Below, one piece after another: positions 1 through 9,824 of a DNA stretch of 64,000 bases. The position numbers were made by a program, and so were the translations under genes. Each line of letters begins with the position of its first letter. Within the stretch, counting starts at the first letter, position 1. Source of the stretch: Polyangiaceae bacterium (lineage in GTDB: Bacteria > Myxococcota_A > Polyangia > Polyangiales > Polyangiaceae); contig JBNKBE010000002.1 of assembly GCA_050287085.1 (NCBI GenBank), positions 224,001 to 288,000 of the forward strand, read 5' to 3'. A model generated the notes under the pieces. The model saw only the letters and a list, made by a program, of their open reading frames with translations, had not been told where the DNA came from and did not search any database.

Positions 1-2
1 TA

Positions 3-3000
3 CTGGAAACCTTGACGAGCCGTGCAGCGCAGGCGCGCGATCCAGAGTCGCGTGCAGAGTTGAACCGGCGTCGCGGCGAGGTGCTTGCGACCAAGCTCGA
101 GAGCTATGACGAAGCGCTCGAGGCATTCCAGCTCGTTTTGCAGGATGCGTCTCACGACTTGGAGGCGCAGAAGAGCGTTCGCGGGATCGGCGAGGAACAC
201 GTCGAGCTGCGCGAGCGGATGGGGGCGATTCTCCTGCCGGCTCTGGAGCATTGTGGCGACTTTGAGCAGGTGGTTCAGATCCTGGAGTTGCGCCTCGAAA
301 GTGAAGGTGAGGGACTTGAAAGGGCCCGTACCCTGCGCCAGATGGCGCGTGTATTGGAGCAGGAGCTGGCGTCGCCTGAACGCGCCCATGCCGCGCTACT
401 TCGGGCGATGGCCGAGGTGCCGGAAGATGATTCTGTGCATGCAGAGCTGGAGCGGACCAGCGCGACCAAGGAAGCATGGACGACCTATGCCGATGCCCTT
501 GCGGAGCGAGCCGGGACGCTATTCGATACCGAGTTGGCCAAGGATCTATACGTCCGACTAGGGACGATTGCGGACGCTCAGCTGCAGGACCTCGATCGCG
601 CGATTGCGGCGTATCGTTCGGCTCTTGATCAAGTGGGGGACACACCGGAGCTCCTCGCCACGCTGGATCGGCTCTTGCTACGTGCCAAGCGCTGGCAGAC
701 GTTGGCGGAAGTGTTGGAACGCCGCACGGTGCTGTCCGAATCGGACGCGGAGCGGGCTGGGCTCTTCTCGCGTTTGGGGCTGATCCAAATCGACGAATTC
801 GACGAGGTGGGTCAAGGCCTGGAGTCGCTCCGCGCCGCCTTGGAGCTGGACAACACACGCGAAGACGCCGTTGAGAAACTCGAAGCCCTGATGGCTCATG
901 CCGACCTTTTCGACGAGGTGGCGGATGCTCTCGAGCAGGTCTACCGCGGTCGAGGGGATGTAGGCCGTCTGACAGTCTTGGGGCAACGCCGGGTCGACCA
1001 TGCACAGACCGCTGACGAACGTCTCGATATGCGCAAGAACCTAGCGAAGATCTTGGACGAGGAGATGGCCGACTCGCTTCGGGCGCAGCGCGTGTTGGAG
1101 CAGGCGCTGGGAGACGCTCCCGACGATGAGTCCCTGTTGTTCGAGTTGGAGCGCTTAGCGCAAGTGACGGGGGATTGGGCGGGCCTGGCCGCAGCGGTCA
1201 AGGTTGCATTGTCGAATGACGCCGTCGCTCCCGAAGCGGCCCGCGACCTGTGTGTGCGGGCGGCGGGGTGGTATTCCGAGCCCCTGAGGGATCCGGAGGC
1301 CGCCGAAGGAATGCTCCGCGAGGCGCTCGCGTTTGATAGGAGCAACGAGGACGTACTGTTGCGGTTGGAGTCCCTTCAAAGAGGAGCCGGACACGAAAGC
1401 GCACGCGTTGAGACACTCCGCGCACGCGCCCGTCTTCAGTTCGACGAGTCTGTCAGGGAGGAGTTGTTTCGCGAGGCCTTTGCACTGGCCGAGAGCATCT
1501 CCGAGCACGAGATGGCAGCTGGCGTCGTGGAGGAGTTGTTGGCGATCGATCCCGCCAACGCCTGGGCGCTCGGAACTATGGCTGGGCGCTCTGAAGCAGC
1601 CGGCAACTACGAAGACGCTGTGTCCTACATGCTGCGGCTCGCGGACACGACCTTCCAGGGGGATGAGCTGCTTGTTCTCAAACACCGCGCTGCAGAAATC
1701 TGTCGCATGGAACTCGCGAACGCTCCTCGCGCGATCGAGCTGTACGAGTCGCTCTTTGAGGACGATGTTTCCGATCGGAGGGCTTCGAATGCGTTGATGC
1801 AGCTCTACGCTCAGGAGCACCGCACGCAGCAGCAAAGCGAGCTACTGCTGCGCTTGGTGGAGGTCAGCGACGATCCGGCGGAACGCAGTCGCTTGCGACT
1901 GGAGCTTGCCGAGCTGCAGCTGAATAGTTTCGACGACGCACAGGAAGCGATGAACACGCTACGGGATCTACTCTTTGACGATCCTGACCATGCTGCCGCG
2001 GCGGTGATGCTCGCGGAGCTGTACCAACGCGAAGGTCGCCTGGAGCCGCTCGCAGAGCTGCTTCAAAAGCAGGCTGACGCCGCGATCGATCGCGGCGATA
2101 CAGCCGCGCAGTTGGAGTTTGAATTGAGGCTGGCAAAGCTATTCGAGGGGCCCCTCGCCGACCTGACTCGGGCTGCCGAGACGTACTTGGCCGTCTTGGA
2201 CCGGGACGGCACTCATCTGCCGGCGATGGAGGCGCTCACTCGCCTGTATCTCGAAGCGGGTGACGACGATTCGGCGGCGGATATGCTGGTGCGCCGCGTC
2301 GAGTTGAGCGAAGGCTCCACGCAGATCGAGCTGGCCGAGCAGCTCGCCCAGTTGCACCTGAAGTCCGGTCATTCTGATCGCGCGATTGAGACGCTCGAAT
2401 TCGCCCTGGCGCAGGCCCCGAGGGAGGAACAGATCCGCCAGCAGTTGAGAAGCCTCTATGGCGAAGCCGGGGCCTGGGATCGTTTGGGGGAGCTGCTTGC
2501 CGGCGACGCCATGGCAAGTGAAGCTCCGGCGGAGCAGGCGCGCCTGCTTGCTGAAGCGGCACGTGTGTTCTGGGAAAAGACCCCGGACATGGCTCGTGCC
2601 GCGGAGTTGTTGGAAAAAGCCTCTGAACTGTGTCCTGAGGATCGCAGTGTGTTGCTCCAGTTGTGCGAGGTGTACACCCAGAGCGATCGCAGCGAGGACG
2701 CCGTACGAGCATTGCAGCAGGTTGTCGAGTCCTACGGCGGGCGCCGCAGCCGAGAGCTTGGCGAGGTGCATCGTCGTCTAGCGGAAGCGTATCTGTCCCT
2801 GGGTAATACGGAGCTTGCGACCGAAGAACTGAACAATGCCTTCCGGATCGAGCCGGGCAACGTTCTGGTTCTCAAGATGCTGGGCCAGTTGTCACTGGAA
2901 GCGGGTGATCTCAAGCGCGCCCAGCAGATGTTTCGTGCGCTTCGTTTGGAGAAGTTGGACGCAGACAGTCCGATCACTGAGGCCGAGGTGTTCTACTATC

Positions 3001-3125
3001 TCGGCGTGGTGCACCATCGGATGGACGACCTACCGCGTGCGAAGAGTCACTTGAAGAGCGCGCTGCGTCTTGCGCCCGATATGCAGCCAGCCCTCGAGCT
3101 ATTGGCTGCCATTGAGGGTGCGTGA
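3..3125 (+). CDS. Large tetratricopeptide-repeat protein (AgmK-like myxobacterial TPR scaffold), 5' truncated by window edge
   Basis: Frame open from base 3; over 1000 aa of continuous TPR-like helical repeats (e.g. AIAAYRSALDQ, EVFYYLGVVH...ALRLAP); stop overlaps next start (GTGA). Confidence 0.85.
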   Translation: METLTSRAAQARDPESRAELNRRRGEVLATKLESYDEALEAFQLVLQDASHDLEAQKSVRGIGEEHVELRERMGAILLPALEHCGDFEQVVQILELRLESEGEGLERARTLRQMARVLEQELASPERAHAALLRAMAEVPEDDSVHAELERTSATKEAWTTYADALAERAGTLFDTELAKDLYVRLGTIADAQLQDLDRAIAAYRSALDQVGDTPELLATLDRLLLRAKRWQTLAEVLERRTVLSESDAERAGLFSRLGLIQIDEFDEVGQGLESLRAALELDNTREDAVEKLEALMAHADLFDEVADALEQVYRGRGDVGRLTVLGQRRVDHAQTADERLDMRKNLAKILDEEMADSLRAQRVLEQALGDAPDDESLLFELERLAQVTGDWAGLAAAVKVALSNDAVAPEAARDLCVRAAGWYSEPLRDPEAAEGMLREALAFDRSNEDVLLRLESLQRGAGHESARVETLRARARLQFDESVREELFREAFALAESISEHEMAAGVVEELLAIDPANAWALGTMAGRSEAAGNYEDAVSYMLRLADTTFQGDELLVLKHRAAEICRMELANAPRAIELYESLFEDDVSDRRASNALMQLYAQEHRTQQQSELLLRLVEVSDDPAERSRLRLELAELQLNSFDDAQEAMNTLRDLLFDDPDHAAAAVMLAELYQREGRLEPLAELLQKQADAAIDRGDTAAQLEFELRLAKLFEGPLADLTRAAETYLAVLDRDGTHLPAMEALTRLYLEAGDDDSAADMLVRRVELSEGSTQIELAEQLAQLHLKSGHSDRAIETLEFALAQAPREEQIRQQLRSLYGEAGAWDRLGELLAGDAMASEAPAEQARLLAEAARVFWEKTPDMARAAELLEKASELCPEDRSVLLQLCEVYTQSDRSEDAVRALQQVVESYGGRRSRELGEVHRRLAEAYLSLGNTELATEELNNAFRIEPGNVLVLKMLGQLSLEAGDLKRAQQMFRALRLEKLDADSPITEAEVFYYLGVVHHRMDDLPRAKSHLKSALRLAPDMQPALELLAAIEGA

Positions 3126-4000
3126 CGACTAGGGTCTGCATCAATGGGCAAGTCCTCCTACCAGAGGAGGCAACCATCAGCGTCTTCGACCGGGGCTTTC
3201 TCTACGGCGACTCCGTGTTTGAGACGGTGCGAACCTACGGTGGCAGGCCCTACGCGCTGGATCGCCACTTGGCCCGCCTCGAACACAGCGCCGGACTTGT
3301 CTTCATTGAGCCCCAAGTAGGACGCAACGAGCTGCGTCGAGAGATCTTCCAGACCCTCGCCGCGGCCGCCAACCCAGAATCGTACGTGCGGATCATGCTT
3401 ACGCGCGGTCCGGGCGAGCTGGGGTTGACTCCCGCCGAAGAGGCATCGTCGAGTCGGCTGATCATTGTGAGTGAACTGCATAAGCCACCGGCTAGAGCCT
3501 ACGAAGAGGGCATATCGGTGGTGACGTATCAGAGCGCTCGCCCCAATGAACTGGCCGGGGCCCCGGCTGCCAAAGTGAGCAACTACTTGGTGGCGGTTCT
3601 GGCCATGCGCGTGGCGACGCGGGTAGGGGCCCTGGAGGCGCTGATTGTCGGTAGCTCGGGCGAGGTCGTCGAGGGAGCGACGTCAAATGTGTTCTGGCTC
3701 AAGGACAAGATACTCTTCACACCGCCCGTGACCGCGGGCATCTTGCCCGGCATCACCCGCGACGGCGTCTTGCGTGGAGCGGTAGGGGCGGGCCTGCGAG
3801 TGGACTATCGGTGTCCCAGCGTGGATGAGTTGTGCGCTGCCGATGAAGTCTTCATCTCATCTTCCATTCGCGAAGTGCTTCCGGTGGTTCGCATTGATGA
3901 GAGCCCCGTGGGAGACGGGCGCGTGGGTGCTGACACGCGGCGCCTCCAGGCGGCATTTCAAGAAATTGTAGAAGCGGATCTGAGCACGGAGCGCGGGTAG
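3122..4000 (+). CDS. PLP-dependent aminotransferase class IV (branched-chain/D-amino-acid aminotransferase or aminodeoxychorismate lyase family)
   Basis: Motifs DRGFLYGDSVFET, HLARL, catalytic Lys in AKVSNY, EGATSN, ILPGITR, ADEVFISSS. Confidence 0.9.
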   Translation: MTTRVCINGQVLLPEEATISVFDRGFLYGDSVFETVRTYGGRPYALDRHLARLEHSAGLVFIEPQVGRNELRREIFQTLAAAANPESYVRIMLTRGPGELGLTPAEEASSSRLIIVSELHKPPARAYEEGISVVTYQSARPNELAGAPAAKVSNYLVAVLAMRVATRVGALEALIVGSSGEVVEGATSNVFWLKDKILFTPPVTAGILPGITRDGVLRGAVGAGLRVDYRCPSVDELCAADEVFISSSIREVLPVVRIDESPVGDGRVGADTRRLQAAFQEIVEADLSTERG

Positions 4001-4039
4001 GAGGGGGCACTCACTACCTCGCGCACCCTTCGCGGGCCC

Positions 4040-5137
4040 TCAGCTGGCCTGTCGAGCGGGAACTGGGATATCCAGTTTTCCGCCGCTCTGCGCCATCATG
4101 TAGCTGATTGCCTTCTCGAAGAAGGCTCGCAAGAAGGGCACCTCGGCTGGCGTATTCTCAGAGAGGCCACAGCTCTCGACGACCAGTATCGTCGCCGCTA
4201 CTTTCAGGGCGGCCGCTTCTCCGTCGCGGCTGAGGACGGAGATGCCTGCGTCGCGCATGCGACGGACCAGCGCCCCTCTGACATCGGGCGAGAAGAAGCG
4301 GTCGGTCGCCGCAAGCATCTCGCTGCGCAGCGTCTCGCCGATCAGGTTGTTATCGGGTTGCTCCCCAGCTGGCAGGCTCTGACCAACGCGAGTGAGGAGT
4401 TCTCGCACGGCGTTTTGACTCGGCAGCCAGGTGCGAAACTCGGGCCAATGATGCAGGACTCCTGAGTCCTTGGCCATCTCTCGCGCATCATCCAGCGCGA
4501 CAAGTAGCCCCTCTGCAACAAATGGGTGTTCGGGCGTTTCGTCTGGAATCGGCTCGAGCAGTGGTTTTGCTGTCATGAACCCCAGGGGCTCGGGGGTTCC
4601 CTTCTGCGCATGCGCCTTGCGCGACTGCGCGATGCGATGCCGAGCCCAAGAGACGGGCACCTCCACCGGACCGTAGCCTGCGTCGCGCAGGACCTTGGCC
4701 ATCTGCGCCTTCACCTTCTGCGGGGTCGCGTGCGTGTTCTCGACGCGGAACACGCCCTGCTCTTCACTGGCATAAACCAGACATGCGGGCCCTGCGTTTC
4801 CGCGGCGACTTGCACAAATGGCTACGATGCCCACCCCGGCGGAATCCGGCGATAACAGGTAGGCGATCGGAGCATCTGGGGCTTCTGCTGGCGTGCGTCG
4901 AATGGGGGCTGGAATGGTGACGCCACGGCTCTTGAGTACGTTGAGACCTCGACGGGCCGCTTTGCGTGCTGGCCCGCTTGCTCGCAACGCGGCCTCTTGC
5001 ACTGCTCCCGCGTTGGAGGCATTCACCCATGCGTGGACAAGGGCCTCAGCGCGGGTGCCGACGTTGGCGAGTGCGGCAAGCGCTCCCTCTGCGCCGACAG
5101 AGACGGTCTCGGGAGAAAAAGGTGTTTGGGTGGACAT
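4040..5137 (-). CDS. Hypothetical protein (365 aa)
   Basis: Long ORF with ATG start and globular-protein composition; last gene of the dnaX-recR-ridA run; no family recognised. Confidence 0.75.
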   Translation of the reverse strand: MSTQTPFSPETVSVGAEGALAALANVGTRAEALVHAWVNASNAGAVQEAALRASGPARKAARRGLNVLKSRGVTIPAPIRRTPAEAPDAPIAYLLSPDSAGVGIVAICASRRGNAGPACLVYASEEQGVFRVENTHATPQKVKAQMAKVLRDAGYGPVEVPVSWARHRIAQSRKAHAQKGTPEPLGFMTAKPLLEPIPDETPEHPFVAEGLLVALDDAREMAKDSGVLHHWPEFRTWLPSQNAVRELLTRVGQSLPAGEQPDNNLIGETLRSEMLAATDRFFSPDVRGALVRRMRDAGISVLSRDGEAAALKVAATILVVESCGLSENTPAEVPFLRAFFEKAISYMMAQSGGKLDIPVPARQAS

Positions 5138-5161
5138 AGTGGTTTCTCGTTATTCTGGAGC

Positions 5162-5554
5162 TCAGGGCTCCCGCTGCACAGCAATTGCGTCGATTTCGAC
5201 GAGTGCGCCTCGCGGAAGCGACGCGACTTCGACTGTGGCGCGTGCCGGCTTTCCTTCACCGAAGAATTCAGCGTACGCGTCGTTGAAAGTGGTGAACGCT
5301 GATAGATCCGTCAGGTAGCAGGTCGTCTTGACGACTTGCTCCAGGTTGAGACCAGCGGCGTTCAAGATGGCTTGTAGATTGCGCAGCACCTGCCGAGTTT
5401 GCTCGGCAACCCCTCCGGGGACGAGACCGGTCCCATCTGGCAGCAGGGGGATCTGGCCGCTGACGAAGACCAGCTGCCCCGCCACCACGGCTTGGCTGTA
5501 GGGACCGATTGCGGCGGGGGCATCTCCGGTTTCGATGTGGCGGGGTGAACGCAT
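5162..5554 (-). CDS. ridA: RidA/YjgF/UK114 family reactive-intermediate deaminase
   Basis: APAAIGPYSQA, FVSGQIP, VVKTTCYL, PARATVEV, LVEIDAIA; start placed at ATG 5554. Confidence 0.93.
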   Translation of the reverse strand: MRSPRHIETGDAPAAIGPYSQAVVAGQLVFVSGQIPLLPDGTGLVPGGVAEQTRQVLRNLQAILNAAGLNLEQVVKTTCYLTDLSAFTTFNDAYAEFFGEGKPARATVEVASLPRGALVEIDAIAVQREP

Positions 5555-5624
5555 TGCGGTGATGATTCCCTGCCGCCGGAGCACAAATCAACCGCAAATC
5601 ATGACTCCGGTTCAGGAAGGTCGC

Positions 5625-6257
5625 TCAGCCCGGGCCCCCAACGCCCCGACGTCCCCGAATCGCGCGGCTCAGCGTGATCTGATCGGTAAATTCCAGATCC
5701 CCGCCGTGGGGGATCCCGCTGGCGATGCGGGTGACCGTGGTAGAGTCGCTTTGCAGTTCTTGGGCGAGCAAGAGCGCGGTGGCTTCGCCGTCCACTGAAG
5801 GCGGTGTGGCCACGATAATCTCGCCTACACCTTCGGCGACCCGGGCGCGGAGCTCGGCTAACGGAAGCTCTTCTGGACCCACGCCGTCCAGAGGGGACAA
5901 GAGCTTGCCTAGCACGAAGTACGTCCCCGGCATGGCGCCGCTGCGTTCGAGCGCGATGAGATCGACCACCTTGGCAACCACACAGAGCAGCGATCGGTCT
6001 CGATTCGGGTCCTGGCAAATGCGACACAACAGCTCTTCGGGCTCGGCTGCATTGTCGACGCTGCGCTCGGCGATGTTGCCGCAGCGGGTGCACAATCCCA
6101 CCCGCGCAGGCAAATCGAGCAGAGCGGCGCCGAGCGCATGTGCGAGGGCGAATTGGTTGTCCAGAAAGTGCAGCGCGAAGCGCTGAGCGGTCTTTTCACC
6201 CACTCCGGGAAGTCTGGCGAAGAGTCGAGTCAATGTTCTAAGGGAATCGGGCAGCAT
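5625..6257 (-). CDS. recR: Recombination mediator RecR
   Basis: HhH LPGVGEKTAQR, Cys4 zinc finger CTRC...CRIC, LSPLDGVGP, GEATA, RIASGIPHGGDLEFTD. Confidence 0.95.
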   Translation of the reverse strand: MLPDSLRTLTRLFARLPGVGEKTAQRFALHFLDNQFALAHALGAALLDLPARVGLCTRCGNIAERSVDNAAEPEELLCRICQDPNRDRSLLCVVAKVVDLIALERSGAMPGTYFVLGKLLSPLDGVGPEELPLAELRARVAEGVGEIIVATPPSVDGEATALLLAQELQSDSTTVTRIASGIPHGGDLEFTDQITLSRAIRGRRGVGGPG

Positions 6258-8195
6258 CTAGGACTCGGGGAGTTGTATGGTCTTGAGGCGCGCGCCCAGT
6301 ACGCGAACCGCCTCCGTTACGAAAGGGTGCTGGCGAGCGGCTTCCTTCGCGCGTTGCTCCGCCTCGCGTCGAACGGCCTTGTCCTCATCCGAAATGGTCT
6401 CCATGTCGCGCCGGTCGTGCCGCTCTTCGAACTGGAGGTCTGGCGAAGCGGACCATTGCTCGCGTGCAGCCTTCAAGATGAGCGCTTTGGCAGCTGGCTC
6501 CTGGATGGTCTGGCCGACAACGCCGTGGGGGTCGTATTGCAAGCGGATGCGCACGGGGCTGGCCTCCACGGCGCGGGTGTGGCTCAAGAAAGCGACCAGC
6601 TTCTCGTCGGCGATGCGTGTTAGCAGGTGTCGCCACGTCCTCATTGCAGCCGCGGATTCCGTCTCGTCGGCATCGTCGAAGGGGGCGTCGCGGGCATTTC
6701 TGGCTAGCTCGCTGGCCGAGCTGCGAGGCGCGAGGTCGGCGCTGGCCGGCGGCGTTCCGGAAGTGGGCTTCGGGGCTGGGGATGGCGGAGGGGCCTGAGG
6801 CTGCTCGGCGACGGGCGCTCGCTGGACCTGGCTGATTGGTATCAGGGGGCGTTTGACCTCTTTTCCGCTGTCCTCTGGGCCCGGGTCGGGGTCGTCTGAA
6901 GCGTCCGGCGTCGGAACGCTCTTGGGCTGTTCTGCCCTTGGAGCGCGTCCGCCGCCGGCGCTGGGACGTGTGGCTTCAGGGGATGCCGGAGGAAGGGCCT
7001 GCCGCGCACGAGGAGCGGCCTGGGCTTTCTGACTCGGTTGTGTTGTGTACAGCCGCCGCTCCAGGCGCACCAGGCGATCGAGCAGGTCGGCGACGGGGAT
7101 AAGGGGCGGACGCCGGCACAATCGGATCAAGAGCATTTCCAGCGCCGCTCGCGGCTGATGTCCGCGGGCGACTTCGTCGTAGCCGCGCGCAAGCGCTTGG
7201 TGCAGTCTCAGTACATCGTCTGTGGAGCTAGCCGCGAGCGCCTTCAGTGGCTCGTATTCTTCGGTAGGCACGTCGAGTAGACCGTCGTGATCCGTCGTGC
7301 TCTGAGCCACCACAGCATCGCGAAATACGTGTAATAGATCGCTGGCAACCTGCACCACCTCGAAGCCTTGGTTGGCCATGGTGGCGATCCGCTGGAGTGC
7401 GGCGGACGCGTTTCCTTCGACGACGGCGCGCGCCAGGTCGAAGAGCGCCTCGCGACTTGGGACGCCGAGCACTTGGGCCACCGTTTCAGCGCTGAGCTGG
7501 CTTGCGTCGAAGGCGAGCACTTGTTCGAGCAGGCTCATCGCGTCCCGCATGCTTCCGGCGGCCTGGCGTGCCAGAACATGCAAGGCGCTGTCCTCGGCTG
7601 CGATGCCTTCGGCCAGCAGCACGCTGCGCAGGCGTTCGAGGATCTTCTGTGCGGGGATCAGTTTGAAGTCGAAGCGCTGTACCCGCGAAAGAATGGTGAC
7701 GGGCACCTTATGCGCCTCAGTCGTGGCGAAGATGAACTTGACGTGCGGCGGCGGCTCTTCCAGCGTCTTCAAGAACGCATTCCAGGCCGCCTGCGAGAGC
7801 ATGTGAACTTCGTCGACGATGATGACTTTGAAGCGATCTCGGGACGGTCGGTAAGGCAGGGATTCCTGGAGGCGCCTCACTTCGTCGACGCCGTTGTAGC
7901 TAGCCCCGTCGATCTCCTGCACGTCTACGTCGCGGCCAGTCGCGATCTCCCGGCACGCGGCGCACTCCAGGCAGGGCTCGACCGACGGTCCGTCGTGGCT
8001 CATGCAATTGAGCGCTTTGGCTAGAATGCGCGCACTGGTTGTCTTCCCGACGCCGCGGACCCCGGTGAAGAGGAAAGCATGCGCCACCCGATTGTGAGCG
8101 ATGGCACTGCCCAACGTCTTGGCAACGTGTTCTTGGCCCACCAAGTCCGAGAAGGTCATGGGGCGCCATTTGCGAGCGAGGACGACGTAGTTCAT
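6258..8195 (-). CDS. dnaX: DNA polymerase III subunit gamma/tau
   Basis: YVVLARKWRP start, Walker A GVRGVGKTT, DEVHML, LKTLEEPP, SRVQRF, GSMRDA; Pro-rich linker then C-terminal domain; start placed at ATG 8195. Confidence 0.96.
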   Translation of the reverse strand: MNYVVLARKWRPMTFSDLVGQEHVAKTLGSAIAHNRVAHAFLFTGVRGVGKTTSARILAKALNCMSHDGPSVEPCLECAACREIATGRDVDVQEIDGASYNGVDEVRRLQESLPYRPSRDRFKVIIVDEVHMLSQAAWNAFLKTLEEPPPHVKFIFATTEAHKVPVTILSRVQRFDFKLIPAQKILERLRSVLLAEGIAAEDSALHVLARQAAGSMRDAMSLLEQVLAFDASQLSAETVAQVLGVPSREALFDLARAVVEGNASAALQRIATMANQGFEVVQVASDLLHVFRDAVVAQSTTDHDGLLDVPTEEYEPLKALAASSTDDVLRLHQALARGYDEVARGHQPRAALEMLLIRLCRRPPLIPVADLLDRLVRLERRLYTTQPSQKAQAAPRARQALPPASPEATRPSAGGGRAPRAEQPKSVPTPDASDDPDPGPEDSGKEVKRPLIPISQVQRAPVAEQPQAPPPSPAPKPTSGTPPASADLAPRSSASELARNARDAPFDDADETESAAAMRTWRHLLTRIADEKLVAFLSHTRAVEASPVRIRLQYDPHGVVGQTIQEPAAKALILKAAREQWSASPDLQFEERHDRRDMETISDEDKAVRREAEQRAKEAARQHPFVTEAVRVLGARLKTIQLPES

Positions 8196-8444
8196 GGAGC
8201 GGGTGGCACTTCTGGGGGCCCGCAGCGCGGGTGCTGGCCGAGGAACAGCATCGGGAGCGACCAACTCGCCCTGCGTGCCGATTCGCCAGTCGGTGTAGCA
8301 GGTTGGTGACGGCGCCACACGCGTTGCGCGACAGAAGGACCGCGTCGGGCTGCCCGCTCGGCCGCGTCAAGAACTCGCACCTTGGGCTTTTCTGACGCGA
8401 GGGAAGGGGTCGACGAGCTCCCGCAGCTGGGCTAGGCAAGAGCC

Positions 8445-9755
8445 ATGGGTCAAGCGTCGCTGGGGCGGGAGGAGCTCGTCGCCCTCGACAAGCAGCATGT
8501 CTGGCATCCCTACACGCCGATGGGGCGCTACGTCGCGGAAGCCGATCCGCTCGTAGTGCAGAGCGCTTCCGGCTGCTGGCTAGAGGACGTCGATGGGCGT
8601 CGCTACCTGGATGGGAACGCATCGTGGTGGGTGTCCGTCCTGGGGCACAACCACCCGCGCCTGGTGCGGGCGCTTCGGGAACAGGCCGAACGCATGTGCC
8701 ACGTGTCGCTGGCTCAGGTGACCCACGAGCCAGCGGCGCGTCTTGCGCAGGAGCTTGTAGCACGCGCTCCTTCGGGTCTGAGTCGGGTGTTCTACAGCGA
8801 CAATGGCTCGACCGCGGTGGAGGTCGCCATCAAGATCTGCCTGCAGTATTGGCAGCAGGTCGGGTATCCCCGCAAGCGCCGCTTCATCGCGCTCAGCGAT
8901 GCATTCCACGGCGAGACACTCGGGGTGACTGCCCTCGGTGGAGTTGAGGTCTTTCGGCGACCGTTCGCTTCGGCTCTTATGGAGTGTCTGCACGTAAGCC
9001 CCCAGCGCGGCGGCTACGAGCAGGCGTTTGCGGCGCTCGAAGCGGAACTGCGCGGAGCCGCAGACAGCATCGCGGGGGTGGTCGTCGAGCCTTTGCTTCA
9101 GGGCGCGGGGGGCATGCGTGTCTATCCCGCTGAATACCTGCGCGCTTTGCGAGAGTGGACGCGTCGCAGCCATGTGTTTCTCGTTGTCGATGAGGTGTTC
9201 ACTGGCTACGGCCGGACCGGCACCTTCTGGGCCTGCGAACAAGCCGCCATCTCTCCGGATCTCATGTGCATCGGGAAGGGCTTTTCCGGGGGCATTCTCC
9301 CGATGGCCGCGACACTTGCTACGGAGTCGGTTTTTGACGGCTTCTTGGGCGCCGATGAACGGGCATTGTTCTATGGCCATACCTACTGTGGTCATCCACT
9401 GGGGGCTGCCGTGGCGCGCGAGGTCCTGCGGATCTACGAAGAAGAAGCCATCGTTGAGCGTAGTCAGCCCAAGGCGGAGATGATCGCTGCGGCCGTCGAA
9501 CGCTGGTGCCAGCTACCCGGGGTCAGCGAAGGACGCTCGTTGGGAATGATGGGGGCGGTTAGGGTTGGGGCAGGACACGGCTATCTCGCTCGCGCAGGCT
9601 GGCGAGTTACGGCGGCGGCGCGTCGCCGCGGGGCCTACATCAGACCGTTGGGTGACGTTGTGTACGTGACCCCACCGATCAACATCCCGGACCCAGAACT
9701 CGAGCAGCTCCTGGGCATCGTAGAAGAGTCTCTGCGAGAGGAACTGGTGGGTTAG
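8445..9755 (+). CDS. bioA: Adenosylmethionine-8-amino-7-oxononanoate aminotransferase
   Basis: VWHPYT, SWWV, SDNGSTAVEVAIK, FHGET, DEVFTGYGRTG, PLP Lys in IGKGFSGG, GHTYCGHP, IRPLGDV. Confidence 0.94.
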   Translation: MGQASLGREELVALDKQHVWHPYTPMGRYVAEADPLVVQSASGCWLEDVDGRRYLDGNASWWVSVLGHNHPRLVRALREQAERMCHVSLAQVTHEPAARLAQELVARAPSGLSRVFYSDNGSTAVEVAIKICLQYWQQVGYPRKRRFIALSDAFHGETLGVTALGGVEVFRRPFASALMECLHVSPQRGGYEQAFAALEAELRGAADSIAGVVVEPLLQGAGGMRVYPAEYLRALREWTRRSHVFLVVDEVFTGYGRTGTFWACEQAAISPDLMCIGKGFSGGILPMAATLATESVFDGFLGADERALFYGHTYCGHPLGAAVAREVLRIYEEEAIVERSQPKAEMIAAAVERWCQLPGVSEGRSLGMMGAVRVGAGHGYLARAGWRVTAAARRRGAYIRPLGDVVYVTPPINIPDPELEQLLGIVEESLREELVG

Positions 9756-9824
9756 CCGACCGAAGTTATTCATCAGGGACGGGTATGGAATAGCTAAGTG
9801 GTCTGAGGGGTCTGACAATATGAC

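Noticed and set aside
6258..8195. Programmed -1 frameshift producing the gamma subunit of DnaX
   Set aside because: I saw no A-AAA-AAG or long A-run slippery site in the linker region.
8196..8444. SRP RNA (ffs) or tRNA-Ser, often found upstream of dnaX
   Set aside because: The conserved SRP helix-8 motif and tRNA T-loop were not found on either strand.
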